Assembly: GCA_001805445.1 (NCBI GenBank)
Contig: MHGF01000034.1
Location: forward strand, 166,451 to 230,450
From: Omnitrophica WOR_2 bacterium GWF2_43_52
Lineage (GTDB): Bacteria; Omnitrophota; Gorgyraeia; Gygaellales; UBA12090
DNA: 64,000 bases
Reading direction: 5' to 3'
Under the pieces are notes generated by a model. That model was given only the letters and a program-made list of their open reading frames with translations. It was not told the origin of the DNA and searched no databases. This document shows, in pieces, positions 20,011 through 29,667 of the stretch. A program made the position numbers and the translations under genes. Position 1 is the stretch's first letter. The number at the start of each line of letters is the position of its first letter.

Positions 20011-21273
20011 ATGAATAGCGCAATTGAAACTTTTTATTCAGATTTAAGACGTTTGAAAGAAGGAAAATTGTCCATATTTTTCGGTGCGGGATCGAGTTAT
20101 GATTATGGAATTCCCACTATGGAAGAAATGGCGAAGATGCTAATCGAAGAATTAAAAAATGGTACAAGTAAAATTTTTGATAAAGATGCATGTACAGTTT
20201 TAAATTCAATTATTGGTTTATCAACTAAAGATAGTACGGGTGAGAGTAAGAAGCAAAAAAATAGTTCACAATGGAATATTGAAGATTTATTGACACGATT
20301 ACATCGTATTCAAGAAGCTATAGGCGATGAAGGGTCTCCTTTCCCAAAGGTTAATGCTACTATTGGTTCGTCTGATTTTTCTAAAGATGAGATTAAGCAT
20401 GCTGAGTCAAAATTAGTTGAGTTTATGGTCAAATGCTATCAGCTAGACATCATTGACAAAACCTCACATGGTGTCAAATCGATAGAATATCTGTCTAACT
20501 TTTTTGAGTGCTTGGGGGGTTTTTATAATTCAATTTCTGTTTTTACAACTAATAACGATTTGTGTATTGAGACAGCACTGCTTCAGCTTTCACAGAGACC
20601 TAAAAATACTCAAAAGAAGACTTTTTACTTAATAGATGGATTTTCTCATGGTGCGCTACCAATATTTTCGATGATTAATTTTTCAATCGTACCTCCCGTT
20701 CAATCTAATCGTGTAGTTGTATATTTATGGAAATTGCACGGTTCAATAGATTGGACATATACTTGCCCATTAACAGATACTGAGGACGAGAAAACACAAA
20801 ATACTAAGTTTCACGACGATTCTATTATTTGTAGATATATTGACCCTGATATGTGGAAAAAATTTCAAAAAGCCGGAGCTATTTCCAAAGCATCTTCGCT
20901 AGATCAATCAAAAATAATGATTTTTCCAACTCCATCTAAATATTCTCAGACTTATAACAACCCATACATGGATTTATATCAAGCTTTTCGCCGAACACTA
21001 GAGACTAGTGAACTTCTACTAGCAGTTGGCACTAGCTTTCCAGATAGTCATATAAATTCAGCAGTGAAATCGTTTATTAATCGTGATAATACCCAACTTT
21101 ACGTAGTTGATCCTGAAGTAACATGTGAATCTATTCATAAGTTATTTGGTAAATGTAATTCCATACAGCCGATTATCAAGTTAGGATTTAAAGATTTTAT
21201 TCAAGAGGTTCGCAATATCGAATTAATGCGAGAAAAAGAAAGCCCAAAAGAAGGAAGGGATACTAATGAGTAA
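20011..21273 (+). CDS. SIR2-family NADase of a SIR2-HerA antiphage defence system
   Basis: N-terminus SIFFGAGSSYDYGIPTMEE (sirtuin GAGxS...GIP motif), TTNNDLCIE (TQN[IV]D-like) and WKLHGSIDW (catalytic His); 420 aa; overlaps herA by 8 nt. Confidence 0.75.
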   Translation: MNSAIETFYSDLRRLKEGKLSIFFGAGSSYDYGIPTMEEMAKMLIEELKNGTSKIFDKDACTVLNSIIGLSTKDSTGESKKQKNSSQWNIEDLLTRLHRIQEAIGDEGSPFPKVNATIGSSDFSKDEIKHAESKLVEFMVKCYQLDIIDKTSHGVKSIEYLSNFFECLGGFYNSISVFTTNNDLCIETALLQLSQRPKNTQKKTFYLIDGFSHGALPIFSMINFSIVPPVQSNRVVVYLWKLHGSIDWTYTCPLTDTEDEKTQNTKFHDDSIICRYIDPDMWKKFQKAGAISKASSLDQSKIMIFPTPSKYSQTYNNPYMDLYQAFRRTLETSELLLAVGTSFPDSHINSAVKSFINRDNTQLYVVDPEVTCESIHKLFGKCNSIQPIIKLGFKDFIQEVRNIELMREKESPKEGRDTNE

Positions 21274-23119
21274 ACGTATAGGTGAAATATTAGCCGTAAG
21301 CGGTGTAAATGTCACAATAGAAGCAGACCCAAGCTTAAGCGATTTGCATGTTCGGCACGCTGGAAAAACATATTCTGTTGGGCAACCTGGTTCATATCTT
21401 CTTGTTGATCGTGGGCATGATAAACATCTTATTTTAGTAACAACTGTTCGTAAGATGCGTTGGTCTTCTGCGTTGCAGAATTCTGAAATTTCTCCTTCTG
21501 ATAATATGCGAGAAGGTCTTCCCAAAGGTCATTTCCCATATTTACCCAAAGCGCCTGAATTGATTGATCGGACGCTTATCGATGGACTTCTCGTAGGCTC
21601 AATTATCGGGAGGCGATTTGAGATAGGTGTTACACACCTGCCGATAGTGGGGGATAGTGTTACCCTCGCTCTTCAGGAACATCTTTCAATAGCGCTAGCC
21701 CCTGATAAAGATCGACACACAGTTTCAATTGGGACATTTGTTGATTCGAATATCTCTGTCCATCTAGACTTAGACGATCTTTGTGGTAAACATTCAGCAA
21801 TTGTAGGCACGACTGGTTGCGGAAAATCTTACACCGTCGCACGCTTATTGCAAGAGCTAGTATGTAAATATCCCAGTGCAAATATTATTGTGTTTGATCT
21901 GCATGGTGAATATCGTAAATGTTTTGAGCATTCAAATTATATACGGGCAGATAAACTTACACTTCCCGCATGGTTGCACTCGTTCGAAAACTTATTTGAT
22001 CTATGTGCTGATTTAAGTAATCAGTTTAACATTCATAATCAACGATGGGCTTTTCGAGACGGCATATTTCAGCTTAAACAAAGGTATTGCAAGGATATTT
22101 TAAAGGACGAATCTCTGTCAAAGAATATCGATTTAGATTCGCCTATACCTTTTGATTTTGAGCATTTAGTTAATTATTTAAAAAACTTAAATAATGAAAC
22201 CAGAAAATCCGACGATGATACGCCAGCTTATACAACTGCTGGCGATCATGATTTATTTGATGAACTTATTGAATATTTGCCAAAAAAAAGAGGGACTATA
22301 ACCGCTGGCCCTCTAAATGGAGAGTTAGATCGGCAAGTATTAAGAGTCGAGGCGCGATTTAAGGATCCTAGATATGCTTTTATGTTTCAATATGAAAAAC
22401 CTAAAGAAGGGGATCTTGAAAGACTAGTGCGACAAGTATCAGGTCTTATACTCGACTCTCCCTTACCTATCACGGTTTATGACCTTAGTTATCTTCCTTC
22501 GGAAACGGTTGGCACAGTTGTGGCTACGATATCACGTATTATTTTTCAAGTCTACTTTCTGGCCAAGCGTCGCGAGTTTGTCCCAACGCTTATTGTTTTC
22601 GAAGAAGCACACAATTACATATCTCATAGATCTCGTGGTGCTTATGGTGATGCTCGTGAAGCTGCTGAAAGAATTGCAAAAGAGGGTCGTAAATTTGGAA
22701 TAGGTATGCTGGCAGTAAGCCAACGTCCTAGCGAACTTAGTGAGACTTTATTGAGCCAATGTAATACATTTTTATGTATGCGGCTCGCTAATTCTGTTGA
22801 TAAAAATCACATCTTATCCTTATTGCCTGATTCAATGAGTAATTTAGTAGATATTTTGCCCATTTTGCCGCGAGGGCACATTTTAGCAGTTGGACAAGCT
22901 ACAAAAATGCCAGTACGGACAATTGTTACAAAAATAGAAAATAAAAACAATGAACCCGATAGTGACGATCCGCCATTTGGGAAAAAATGGAGTGGGGATA
23001 TTACAAAAAGAAGCATTCCTGATATAGAAAAAATATGCGATATGTGGATAAGATCAGAAAAACAAGACATAGATAATGATATTCCTCAAAAAACAAAAAA
23101 TGTTACCGAGAAGAAATAA
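21266..23119 (+). CDS. herA: HerA-family (FtsK/HerA-type) ATPase/helicase, defence-associated
   Basis: HAS-barrel-like N-terminus, Walker A GTTGCGKS, NIIVFDLHGEY, Walker B LIVFEEAHNY, GRKFGIGMLAVSQRPSEL and NTFLCMRL signatures. Confidence 0.85.
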   Translation: MSKRIGEILAVSGVNVTIEADPSLSDLHVRHAGKTYSVGQPGSYLLVDRGHDKHLILVTTVRKMRWSSALQNSEISPSDNMREGLPKGHFPYLPKAPELIDRTLIDGLLVGSIIGRRFEIGVTHLPIVGDSVTLALQEHLSIALAPDKDRHTVSIGTFVDSNISVHLDLDDLCGKHSAIVGTTGCGKSYTVARLLQELVCKYPSANIIVFDLHGEYRKCFEHSNYIRADKLTLPAWLHSFENLFDLCADLSNQFNIHNQRWAFRDGIFQLKQRYCKDILKDESLSKNIDLDSPIPFDFEHLVNYLKNLNNETRKSDDDTPAYTTAGDHDLFDELIEYLPKKRGTITAGPLNGELDRQVLRVEARFKDPRYAFMFQYEKPKEGDLERLVRQVSGLILDSPLPITVYDLSYLPSETVGTVVATISRIIFQVYFLAKRREFVPTLIVFEEAHNYISHRSRGAYGDAREAAERIAKEGRKFGIGMLAVSQRPSELSETLLSQCNTFLCMRLANSVDKNHILSLLPDSMSNLVDILPILPRGHILAVGQATKMPVRTIVTKIENKNNEPDSDDPPFGKKWSGDITKRSIPDIEKICDMWIRSEKQDIDNDIPQKTKNVTEKK

Positions 23120-23127
23120 CGTAATAT

Positions 23128-25002
23128 ATGAGTTTTCCAAACGATGAACAGAATCAAGTTATTAATCATACAGGAAAACCGCTAGTTGTTGTTGCGGCTC
23201 CTGGCACAGGGAAGACAAGTACGATAGTAGCAAGGATGATAAAGCTACTTAAGGAAAACCCGAATCGTGAGGTTTCTTTTATAACTTTTACCAGAACAAG
23301 TCGTAGGGATACAGATAAGAAAGTAAAATCAGAGGTTGGAAGAGAAGCATTTGAAGATGCTAATTTCGAGTTCCCAAGAATAAGTACACTTCATACATAT
23401 GCAAAAAGCATTGTTCACAAATATGCCCAGGAAATTGATAGACAAAACACCTTTTCGATATTGATAAATGATAAAAATGAAAACAAGCTATTACTATCGG
23501 AGTTATGTAATGACCTTAGCATCGAAATTGACATAGATCGCCTTTATAAGGACTTAGTATGTTACCGATGTGCAGATTATTTCCCTTCAGATAGTCCCGT
23601 GCCAGCTGATCAGAGAAAAGAAATACTAGAGCATTATGATTTCTTGCTGAAATTTTATAATACATTTGACATGGAAGGAATTGTACAAAGTGCTTGTGTT
23701 ATTTTGTCGAAAGCCGGTGTTGATTTCCCGAAAGTCTTTTTGCAGGTAGATGAATACCAGGATCTGAATCCGAAAGATCAAGAGCTGATAAAGCTAATAA
23801 GCTCTACTACTGGTAGCCAGACAGTGGTAGTCGGCGATGACGCACAAAGCATATACGGTTTTAGGTATGCACATTTTGCGGGTATCAGAGAAATATGGGC
23901 TTCTAAGGAATGGGAACATATTAGATTCCCGAAATCGCATAGATTGCCAGCAAACATACTGAGAGCCTCGCAATCTTTAATTTCCGGCGAGAATTATCTT
24001 GGTGGCGAAGTCGATATCCCTGAAGATAATGGAGAACGTATAAATACATTTCAATGTACAACAAGCGACCTTCAGATTGATGTTGTGGCGTGCCTGATCG
24101 ACAACATAAAATCAAATAAACTCAACAGAAAAGGACAGCCACTGACATATACAGATTTTATGGTACTCTGTCCAACGTCAAGCTTTGTTAATAAAGTTGC
24201 TGAGACTCTTGAGAACGGCTTCGGTATCCCAACGAAGAAAAAAGAAAAAACCACTATTCCCAATGATTGTTGGCGGTTACTGTTACTACTTCGCATGCTA
24301 CACTCAAATGATAGTCTTGCGCTACGTCAGTGGTTAAATATCATGGGGCTTGATGCTGGGAAGATCGAAGGTATGAGAAAAGAAGCCATGAGGCTCGATC
24401 AATCTCTTTTTGATTATTGTTCGGGATTATCAGAGAGAAATTTTGAAGAACTTTTTAGTAAATTAAAAGAGTTGGATGAATGTGTAGGCGATTTAGAAGA
24501 ATTCAGAGCAAAATTATTAGCTTTTCCGAATTTACAGATTGAAGAGTCGATATTTGATGAGGTGGGTATTACTATCAATGAAGTAACCAAGAAGCCAAAC
24601 ACGCTTGGCTCAATAATTAAGTGTATTCATGAAAAATTTGGCCTTATTGATTCAGAAACAGAAGTATCAGAGGATATTTCTGAAGATGATAGAGTTCCTG
24701 TTACAACTTTGTACTCAGCAAAAGGTCTTGAAGCAGAATTTGTTTTTATTATGTGGCTAAACGATAATTTCTTTCCGGCGCCCAACAGAGAGGTTAAGGA
24801 AGAATTGCGTGTCCTTTATGTGGGGGTGACACGTGCAAAACAAGATGTAATATTCACTTTTTACGAGAGGTACGATAAGAAGAAACGCAAGCGAATTAAA
24901 GCGATATCTCCATTTTTACAGAAAATAGTTCATTGTATTAATGTTACTCGATTGATGAAATCCGACTATAAAGAACTTCTATCAGGATTATATTGTTCGT
25001 GA
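23128..25002 (+). CDS. UvrD/PcrA-like superfamily 1 helicase (compact, no nuclease domain)
   Basis: Motif I AAPGTGKT, Ia FITFT, II VDEYQDLN, V TTLYSAKGLEAEFVF, VI VLYVGVTRAKQDV; begins 9 nt after the herA stop. Confidence 0.8.
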   Translation: MSFPNDEQNQVINHTGKPLVVVAAPGTGKTSTIVARMIKLLKENPNREVSFITFTRTSRRDTDKKVKSEVGREAFEDANFEFPRISTLHTYAKSIVHKYAQEIDRQNTFSILINDKNENKLLLSELCNDLSIEIDIDRLYKDLVCYRCADYFPSDSPVPADQRKEILEHYDFLLKFYNTFDMEGIVQSACVILSKAGVDFPKVFLQVDEYQDLNPKDQELIKLISSTTGSQTVVVGDDAQSIYGFRYAHFAGIREIWASKEWEHIRFPKSHRLPANILRASQSLISGENYLGGEVDIPEDNGERINTFQCTTSDLQIDVVACLIDNIKSNKLNRKGQPLTYTDFMVLCPTSSFVNKVAETLENGFGIPTKKKEKTTIPNDCWRLLLLLRMLHSNDSLALRQWLNIMGLDAGKIEGMRKEAMRLDQSLFDYCSGLSERNFEELFSKLKELDECVGDLEEFRAKLLAFPNLQIEESIFDEVGITINEVTKKPNTLGSIIKCIHEKFGLIDSETEVSEDISEDDRVPVTTLYSAKGLEAEFVFIMWLNDNFFPAPNREVKEELRVLYVGVTRAKQDVIFTFYERYDKKKRKRIKAISPFLQKIVHCINVTRLMKSDYKELLSGLYCS

Positions 25003-25012
25003 AAAGGTTGAG

Positions 25013-25447
25013 TTATTTTGTGGGTGCCTGTAGACGTTCAATTTCATTTCGGCGTTCTCGCTCGGTTCTAAGGCGGGAGATCTCCAGGAGCCGTCGGCCG
25101 GTGAAGATTCTCAGCTTGTCCTGGTCGTCGCAGGACTTCATGTTTTCGATGAAGTCGGCAGGTAAGCGGTTGACTATTTTAAGCAGGTGTGCTAACTTGG
25201 ACTCCGATATATTCAGCCTTTTACGGGTCTGTGCCCAGGTTAGCCTGGAAGGGCCGCCATTGATGAACGCCTGGAGTTTAAGGGCCTCCGCTATGGTGTT
25301 TTGACGGATCCGGGGCTTTCGGATGCGTACTGGCGGCAAGGGATCGATTAAACTGAGCAAAATTCGCTTGCTACGCCGGATGTCCATCTTCACAACTAAT
25401 TGTATCACTTGAGGTTGGGGGCTTCGGCTGGCGACAACTCTGGGCAA
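25013..25447 (-). CDS. putative DNA-binding protein (ParB/KorB-like HTH), hypothetical
   Basis: LTWAQTRKRLNISESKLAHLLKIVNRLPADFIE resembles the ParB HTH region; convergent with the helicase gene; alternative start at M20. Confidence 0.3.
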   Translation of the reverse strand: MPRVVASRSPQPQVIQLVVKMDIRRSKRILLSLIDPLPPVRIRKPRIRQNTIAEALKLQAFINGGPSRLTWAQTRKRLNISESKLAHLLKIVNRLPADFIENMKSCDDQDKLRIFTGRRLLEISRLRTERERRNEIERLQAPTK

Positions 25448-25490
25448 TTTCTATTTATCATACGTGTGGGCGAGAACCAAAGGGGTGTGG
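25439..25490. repeat. direct repeat copy 1 (~50 bp) bracketing a 5.7-kb segment
   Basis: CTGGGCAATTTCTATTTATCATACGTGTGGGCGAGAACCAAAGGGGTG; about 85% identical to 31198-31245. Confidence 0.6.
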
Positions 25491-25744
25491 GGAGACCGTC
25501 CCCACGCTTTCGGGGTGACAGTCCGCCATGATTATTGGCGGACGCCATAGGGGCAGCGCCCCTATGGGGAGGAGCGAAGCGACGACTGGTTCAAGCGAAG
25601 CGGAGTCCACACGGGGCAACCAATCTTGACAACTATCCGAAACACCGCCAAGCGGTGCAGTACCCGCAGTCAGAGAAAAACAATTGCAAGATATTTTACA
25701 GCTATAAATATTCAGTTCAGATTAATTAAAAATAGAGGAGAGGC

Positions 25745-26686
25745 ATGAAGAGAAATCTTGTTGTTTTGATCGGCGCATTGTTTATGTTTGCCGCAAGCAC
25801 TTTAGCTTTCGCGCAGAATGCTGACCTTCAATCGTTTTCTAGTGGGAATAAATTAAAATACTCAACAAAATATCATCCCAAAGCCAAGGGCATAAATATT
25901 ACCGTTGAATATCCAAGCCATTGGAAACTTAGCGAAGGCGAGCGTCCGAATATTGTTCAGAAGTTTTCCGGAGATGCGTCAGACGGAATAACGCGAATGT
26001 TTCTGATCCTTATTAAAGATATTCCAAGCGAGGCGTCTGCGATGTCAACAGAAGATATCGCCAAAGAGGCTTTTTCGGAAGACGCTTTAAAGGAAATGGT
26101 ACCTCCTGGCGGGAGTTTTATTAAGGGAGGACAAACAAAGTATGATGGTCAGCCAGGAGCGTGGATTATTGTTTCGATAGATTCAGAGCGTGCGGGGATG
26201 AAGGGAAAGTCTTACGGGTTACTACACATGTTTATCTATGGCGGCAAAATGATAAGTATCCAATGTATGGTTGGCGGCTTGGAGCAAATGAGCGGCAATC
26301 TCTATCAGGAGTTCAATAGTTATATCCCGCTCTTTCAGCAGATCGGTAACAGTATTATTGTTCCGGATAAATGGACAAAAAATGATGTAGAAGTAGAGCA
26401 GTCTTCAATGGAGTATTTATACGGTCCTATGTGGTGGCTAACAATTATTGTTTCTTTTGTTTTAACTTGGGGGATTGGGTTAATCCCGCCGATTCTTATT
26501 CGTTACGCCATCGCTCGTAAACCGCTATCCAAGGGTTGGGCAATCGGGCTTGTGGCATTTCTTTGGATGGTTAATATCGTCATTTTCACAGCTCTAGGCA
26601 GTCAAAGTAAGACGCATGCGGCGTTATTCCTTGTGGCGTGGACATCGTACATAATTTTAAAGAAAGAAAAAAGACCGGCTAACTAA
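25745..26686 (+). CDS. secreted/membrane protein with C-terminal transmembrane helices, hypothetical
   Basis: Signal peptide MKRNLVVLIGALFMFAASTLAFA; three hydrophobic helices in the last 90 aa. Confidence 0.4.
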   Translation: MKRNLVVLIGALFMFAASTLAFAQNADLQSFSSGNKLKYSTKYHPKAKGINITVEYPSHWKLSEGERPNIVQKFSGDASDGITRMFLILIKDIPSEASAMSTEDIAKEAFSEDALKEMVPPGGSFIKGGQTKYDGQPGAWIIVSIDSERAGMKGKSYGLLHMFIYGGKMISIQCMVGGLEQMSGNLYQEFNSYIPLFQQIGNSIIVPDKWTKNDVEVEQSSMEYLYGPMWWLTIIVSFVLTWGIGLIPPILIRYAIARKPLSKGWAIGLVAFLWMVNIVIFTALGSQSKTHAALFLVAWTSYIILKKEKRPAN

Positions 26687-26751
26687 TCTTAAAGTTGATA
26701 TCTTTAGTGGGTGTTTATTGAAGAATAGTTTGTTTCTTAGTAGGAAAATTA

Positions 26752-28119
26752 ATGGTGTTTAAAGAATCGGAAACAGTTGAATTCAAGAAATCCACCGCAG
26801 AATTAAAAGAGGCGGTGATCTCCATTGTTGCTATGCTCAATAAGCACGGCCATGGAGAGGTATATTTTGGCATCAATGACCGTAATGGCAAGGTCTTAGG
26901 GATGACTATCGGGCGTATGACGATAAAGGATGTGACGCAGGCAGTAGTGGATAATACAGAGCCGAAGGTTTATCCCAAAGTAGAGACGCGCAAGATCGAT
27001 GGGAAAGATTGCATTGTCATAGAGGCTAAGGGAAGCAACGGGCCCTACTTTGCGTATGGCCGGGCATATCTGCGCGTTGGGGAATCGAATAAGGGTATGA
27101 GCCCGCAAGAGCTTGAAGAGCGGATTCTGGAGAAGAGGAAATTCCTTTGGGATAAAGAAGTATCTGAAAAGACGCTTGCCGATGTTAATGAGGAAGCGGT
27201 CAAAGAATTCATGCGTAAGGCAAAGACAGTCAAGCGTGTGGATTTCGAGTTCGTTAATGTAAAAACGACATTGCATAAATTGCACCTTCTGGAAGAGAAC
27301 CATTTATTACGGGCGGCCGAGGTTTTGTTCTGCGATGACAATCCTCTGGAAGTGCAGGCCGCGATCTTTGCCGGTACGGACAAGCTGACGTTTTTAGATA
27401 TCAAGTCGTTCAAGGGCAATCTCTTTAGTCTGCGCCAGCAAGCTGAGGTCTATGTTAATGGGAATATGAAATGGCGGGCTGATTTAAGCGAAAGCCGACG
27501 AAAAGAAATCCCGGAGATTTCGGTACGGGCGATTTCGGAAGCGGTAGGCAATTCTTTATGCCACCGGGATTATTCCAATCCCAAGGGCAACGAGGTGGCG
27601 ATATTCAAGGATCGCATCGAAATCTACAACCCCGGTCTTTTCCCTAAAGAGGTCAATCCGGAGGATTTTTTTACCGGCCATGAGAAGTCGATCTTGCGCA
27701 ATCCTCTGATAGCCGAAACGATGTATAAATCCAAAGACATTGAGCGCTGGGGGAGCGGCATCATGCGTATTCATGACGAATGTATCGCGGCCGGAGTCAA
27801 GGTTGAGTTCAAGCGGATTAAGACAGGCTTTGTCGTGGTTTTCTACCGCCCGAAATGGGAGGAAAGTGAAGAAATAGAGAAGAGTGGTCAGACAGGTGGT
27901 CAGACAGGTGGTCAGAGAAAAGGTATTTTTCTTAGCGATAAGCAAAAGAAGATACTTGAGGTATTAAAAAACAAACCCCAGATATCAAGAAAAGAATTAG
28001 CGGAGGAGATGGGTATTAACACTTCCGCAATCCAAAAGCACCTTATGAAATTGAAAGAAGCCGGATATATTAAGCGTATAGGCCCGGATTTCGGCGGGCA
28101 TTGGGAGGTATCCGGTTAA
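26752..28119 (+). CDS. AlbA_2 (Schlafen-like, divergent AAA) domain ATP-binding protein with C-terminal wHTH; putative transcriptional regulator
   Basis: N-terminus ETVEFKKSTAELKEAVISIVAMLNKHGHGEVYFGIND typical of AlbA_2/PF04326; C-terminal HTH; SGQTGGQTGGQ repeat. Confidence 0.55.
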   Translation: MVFKESETVEFKKSTAELKEAVISIVAMLNKHGHGEVYFGINDRNGKVLGMTIGRMTIKDVTQAVVDNTEPKVYPKVETRKIDGKDCIVIEAKGSNGPYFAYGRAYLRVGESNKGMSPQELEERILEKRKFLWDKEVSEKTLADVNEEAVKEFMRKAKTVKRVDFEFVNVKTTLHKLHLLEENHLLRAAEVLFCDDNPLEVQAAIFAGTDKLTFLDIKSFKGNLFSLRQQAEVYVNGNMKWRADLSESRRKEIPEISVRAISEAVGNSLCHRDYSNPKGNEVAIFKDRIEIYNPGLFPKEVNPEDFFTGHEKSILRNPLIAETMYKSKDIERWGSGIMRIHDECIAAGVKVEFKRIKTGFVVVFYRPKWEESEEIEKSGQTGGQTGGQRKGIFLSDKQKKILEVLKNKPQISRKELAEEMGINTSAIQKHLMKLKEAGYIKRIGPDFGGHWEVSG

Positions 28120-28512
28120 TGCGCGATTAGTGCACGATTAGGCAATGGGGTCATAAAGGGGACGCGAAGGGGTTATAAATGCGCCATAAAGACGCCAAAC
28201 GCGCCACTACTTGGCGATTGTGGCGATTGGTTGGCGATCGGGGTTAATTGATGGCAAAGGTATCGCTGGGGTACGAGGCAGCCAACCTTGACGCTCAGGC
28301 GAACAAAGATTGGTGAAGGATTCAGCAAAACTTTATTGAAATGGTGGGCGTTGTAAAACTTGAGAATTATATAAATAAGGAAGAAATTTCTATACCACGA
28401 ACACCTGAAGAATATATTCTTTGGTTTGAAGGAAAATTGCAGATTACCAAAGAGCAAAGAGAGGAACTTAAAACGCAGAACATTCTGCATAAGGGTGTAG
28501 CAAAATATTTTT

Positions 28513-29058
28513 ATGAAGAACTATTTCCTCTCTATAGGTTACTCCAAAATAAATCTAAAACATGGAAGGGGGCCCAGATTTACCTCTGTTATTGGAAACC
28601 AAAACTTTGACGTTAAAGTCGATTCAGACAGAAATAACATTCCTCAGTATATTGAAATTGTAGTTGCAAATAGAGATGAAGCAGAAAATGCTGGAATGGA
28701 ATGTTTTTTAGCTCATGGGGCTGTTAATAGCATAGGGAATGTTTCAATCGAGAGAAATAAGCAGTTAGGGAAGAAAATTACCGTAGACGAAGAAGCCCAT
28801 TCTTCTGAGGAAATAAACCGAAGAATTAAAGATCGGATCCACAATTTGATTAATAATAAAATAATGGTAAGAGAAAGACCCGATAACACCGCTTTATTGG
28901 TATTTTTTGATGATTATACGGCTTTTCGCTATGATAGATGTTCATCAAAATCAGAAATGAATACTTGCTTAGATTCAATCAAAATAGAATGGCAAAAGCG
29001 TTATTCGGCTCTTTATGTTGTAGGTGCATTCGGGAGTTTTTATGAAAGAAAAAATTGA
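28513..29058 (+). CDS. hypothetical protein (possibly the 3' part of a frameshifted gene starting at 28341)
   Basis: 181-aa AT-rich ORF; overlaps upstream ORF 28341-28610 in another frame around a G5C3 run. Confidence 0.3.
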   Translation: MKNYFLSIGYSKINLKHGRGPRFTSVIGNQNFDVKVDSDRNNIPQYIEIVVANRDEAENAGMECFLAHGAVNSIGNVSIERNKQLGKKITVDEEAHSSEEINRRIKDRIHNLINNKIMVRERPDNTALLVFFDDYTAFRYDRCSSKSEMNTCLDSIKIEWQKRYSALYVVGAFGSFYERKN

Positions 29059-29641
29059 TTTTGCTCAATTTTTAGCCAATTTAATTACTTTTCAAAATGA
29101 TTTCTTGGAAAATAATTTTCATAGGCTAGTTGCGATGTCAGACGAATTTAAGGTATTGAATGAAGAGGATAAAGCGAAATTTTTAGATAAGGCTCGCGGT
29201 CTGATAATTGTTGATATTTTAATAAGTTGCAATCGATGTTTTGCTGATAATTTGCCTGATGGAAAAATAGCAGAAATTACGAGTATTGTATATGGGAAGT
29301 ATTTAACAGAATACAAAAAAATATCAAAGAGCTTACCAGAAGAAAAATTGAAAGAAGTTATAGAACTTATTAACTTTGCCGGGAAAGCAGAGGAGGATAA
29401 ATTAAGGCAAGAAGAATATTATAAAAAAATTGGTTGTTATTCTCCTTATCAGATTGGCAATGATATTGATAAACAAAAGCTTTATCTTTGCATGGGGTTT
29501 AGCCAGTATTGTGCTGGTGAATTCGAGAGATCTAATAATTACGAAGGCAGGCAATTCGCAGCTTTTAAACTGGCTAAAGCATTTGTCAAAGCGGATATAG
29601 TTAAGTCGACGCTTAAAGAGTTTGAGATTATTTGGGAATAG
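29042..29641 (+). CDS. hypothetical protein
   Basis: ATG 29042 after GGGAG; 199 aa, AT-rich, no motif recognised. Confidence 0.3.
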   Translation: MKEKIDFAQFLANLITFQNDFLENNFHRLVAMSDEFKVLNEEDKAKFLDKARGLIIVDILISCNRCFADNLPDGKIAEITSIVYGKYLTEYKKISKSLPEEKLKEVIELINFAGKAEEDKLRQEEYYKKIGCYSPYQIGNDIDKQKLYLCMGFSQYCAGEFERSNNYEGRQFAAFKLAKAFVKADIVKSTLKEFEIIWE

Positions 29642-29667
29642 CAATAAATTTATTGGGAAAAGGAAAA

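Noticed and set aside
21266-25002. Gabija (GajA+GajB) as an explanation for the ATPase + UvrD-like helicase pair
   Set aside because: The upstream ATPase has unambiguous HerA signatures (DLHGEY, QRPSEL, NTFLCMRL) and no OLD-family ABC or TOPRIM motifs, and it is coupled to a SIR2 gene, so SIR2-HerA is the better fit.
25535-25729. 64-aa ORF in the hairpin-rich intergenic region
   Set aside because: It is made largely of GC-rich palindromes and is more consistent with structured non-coding DNA.
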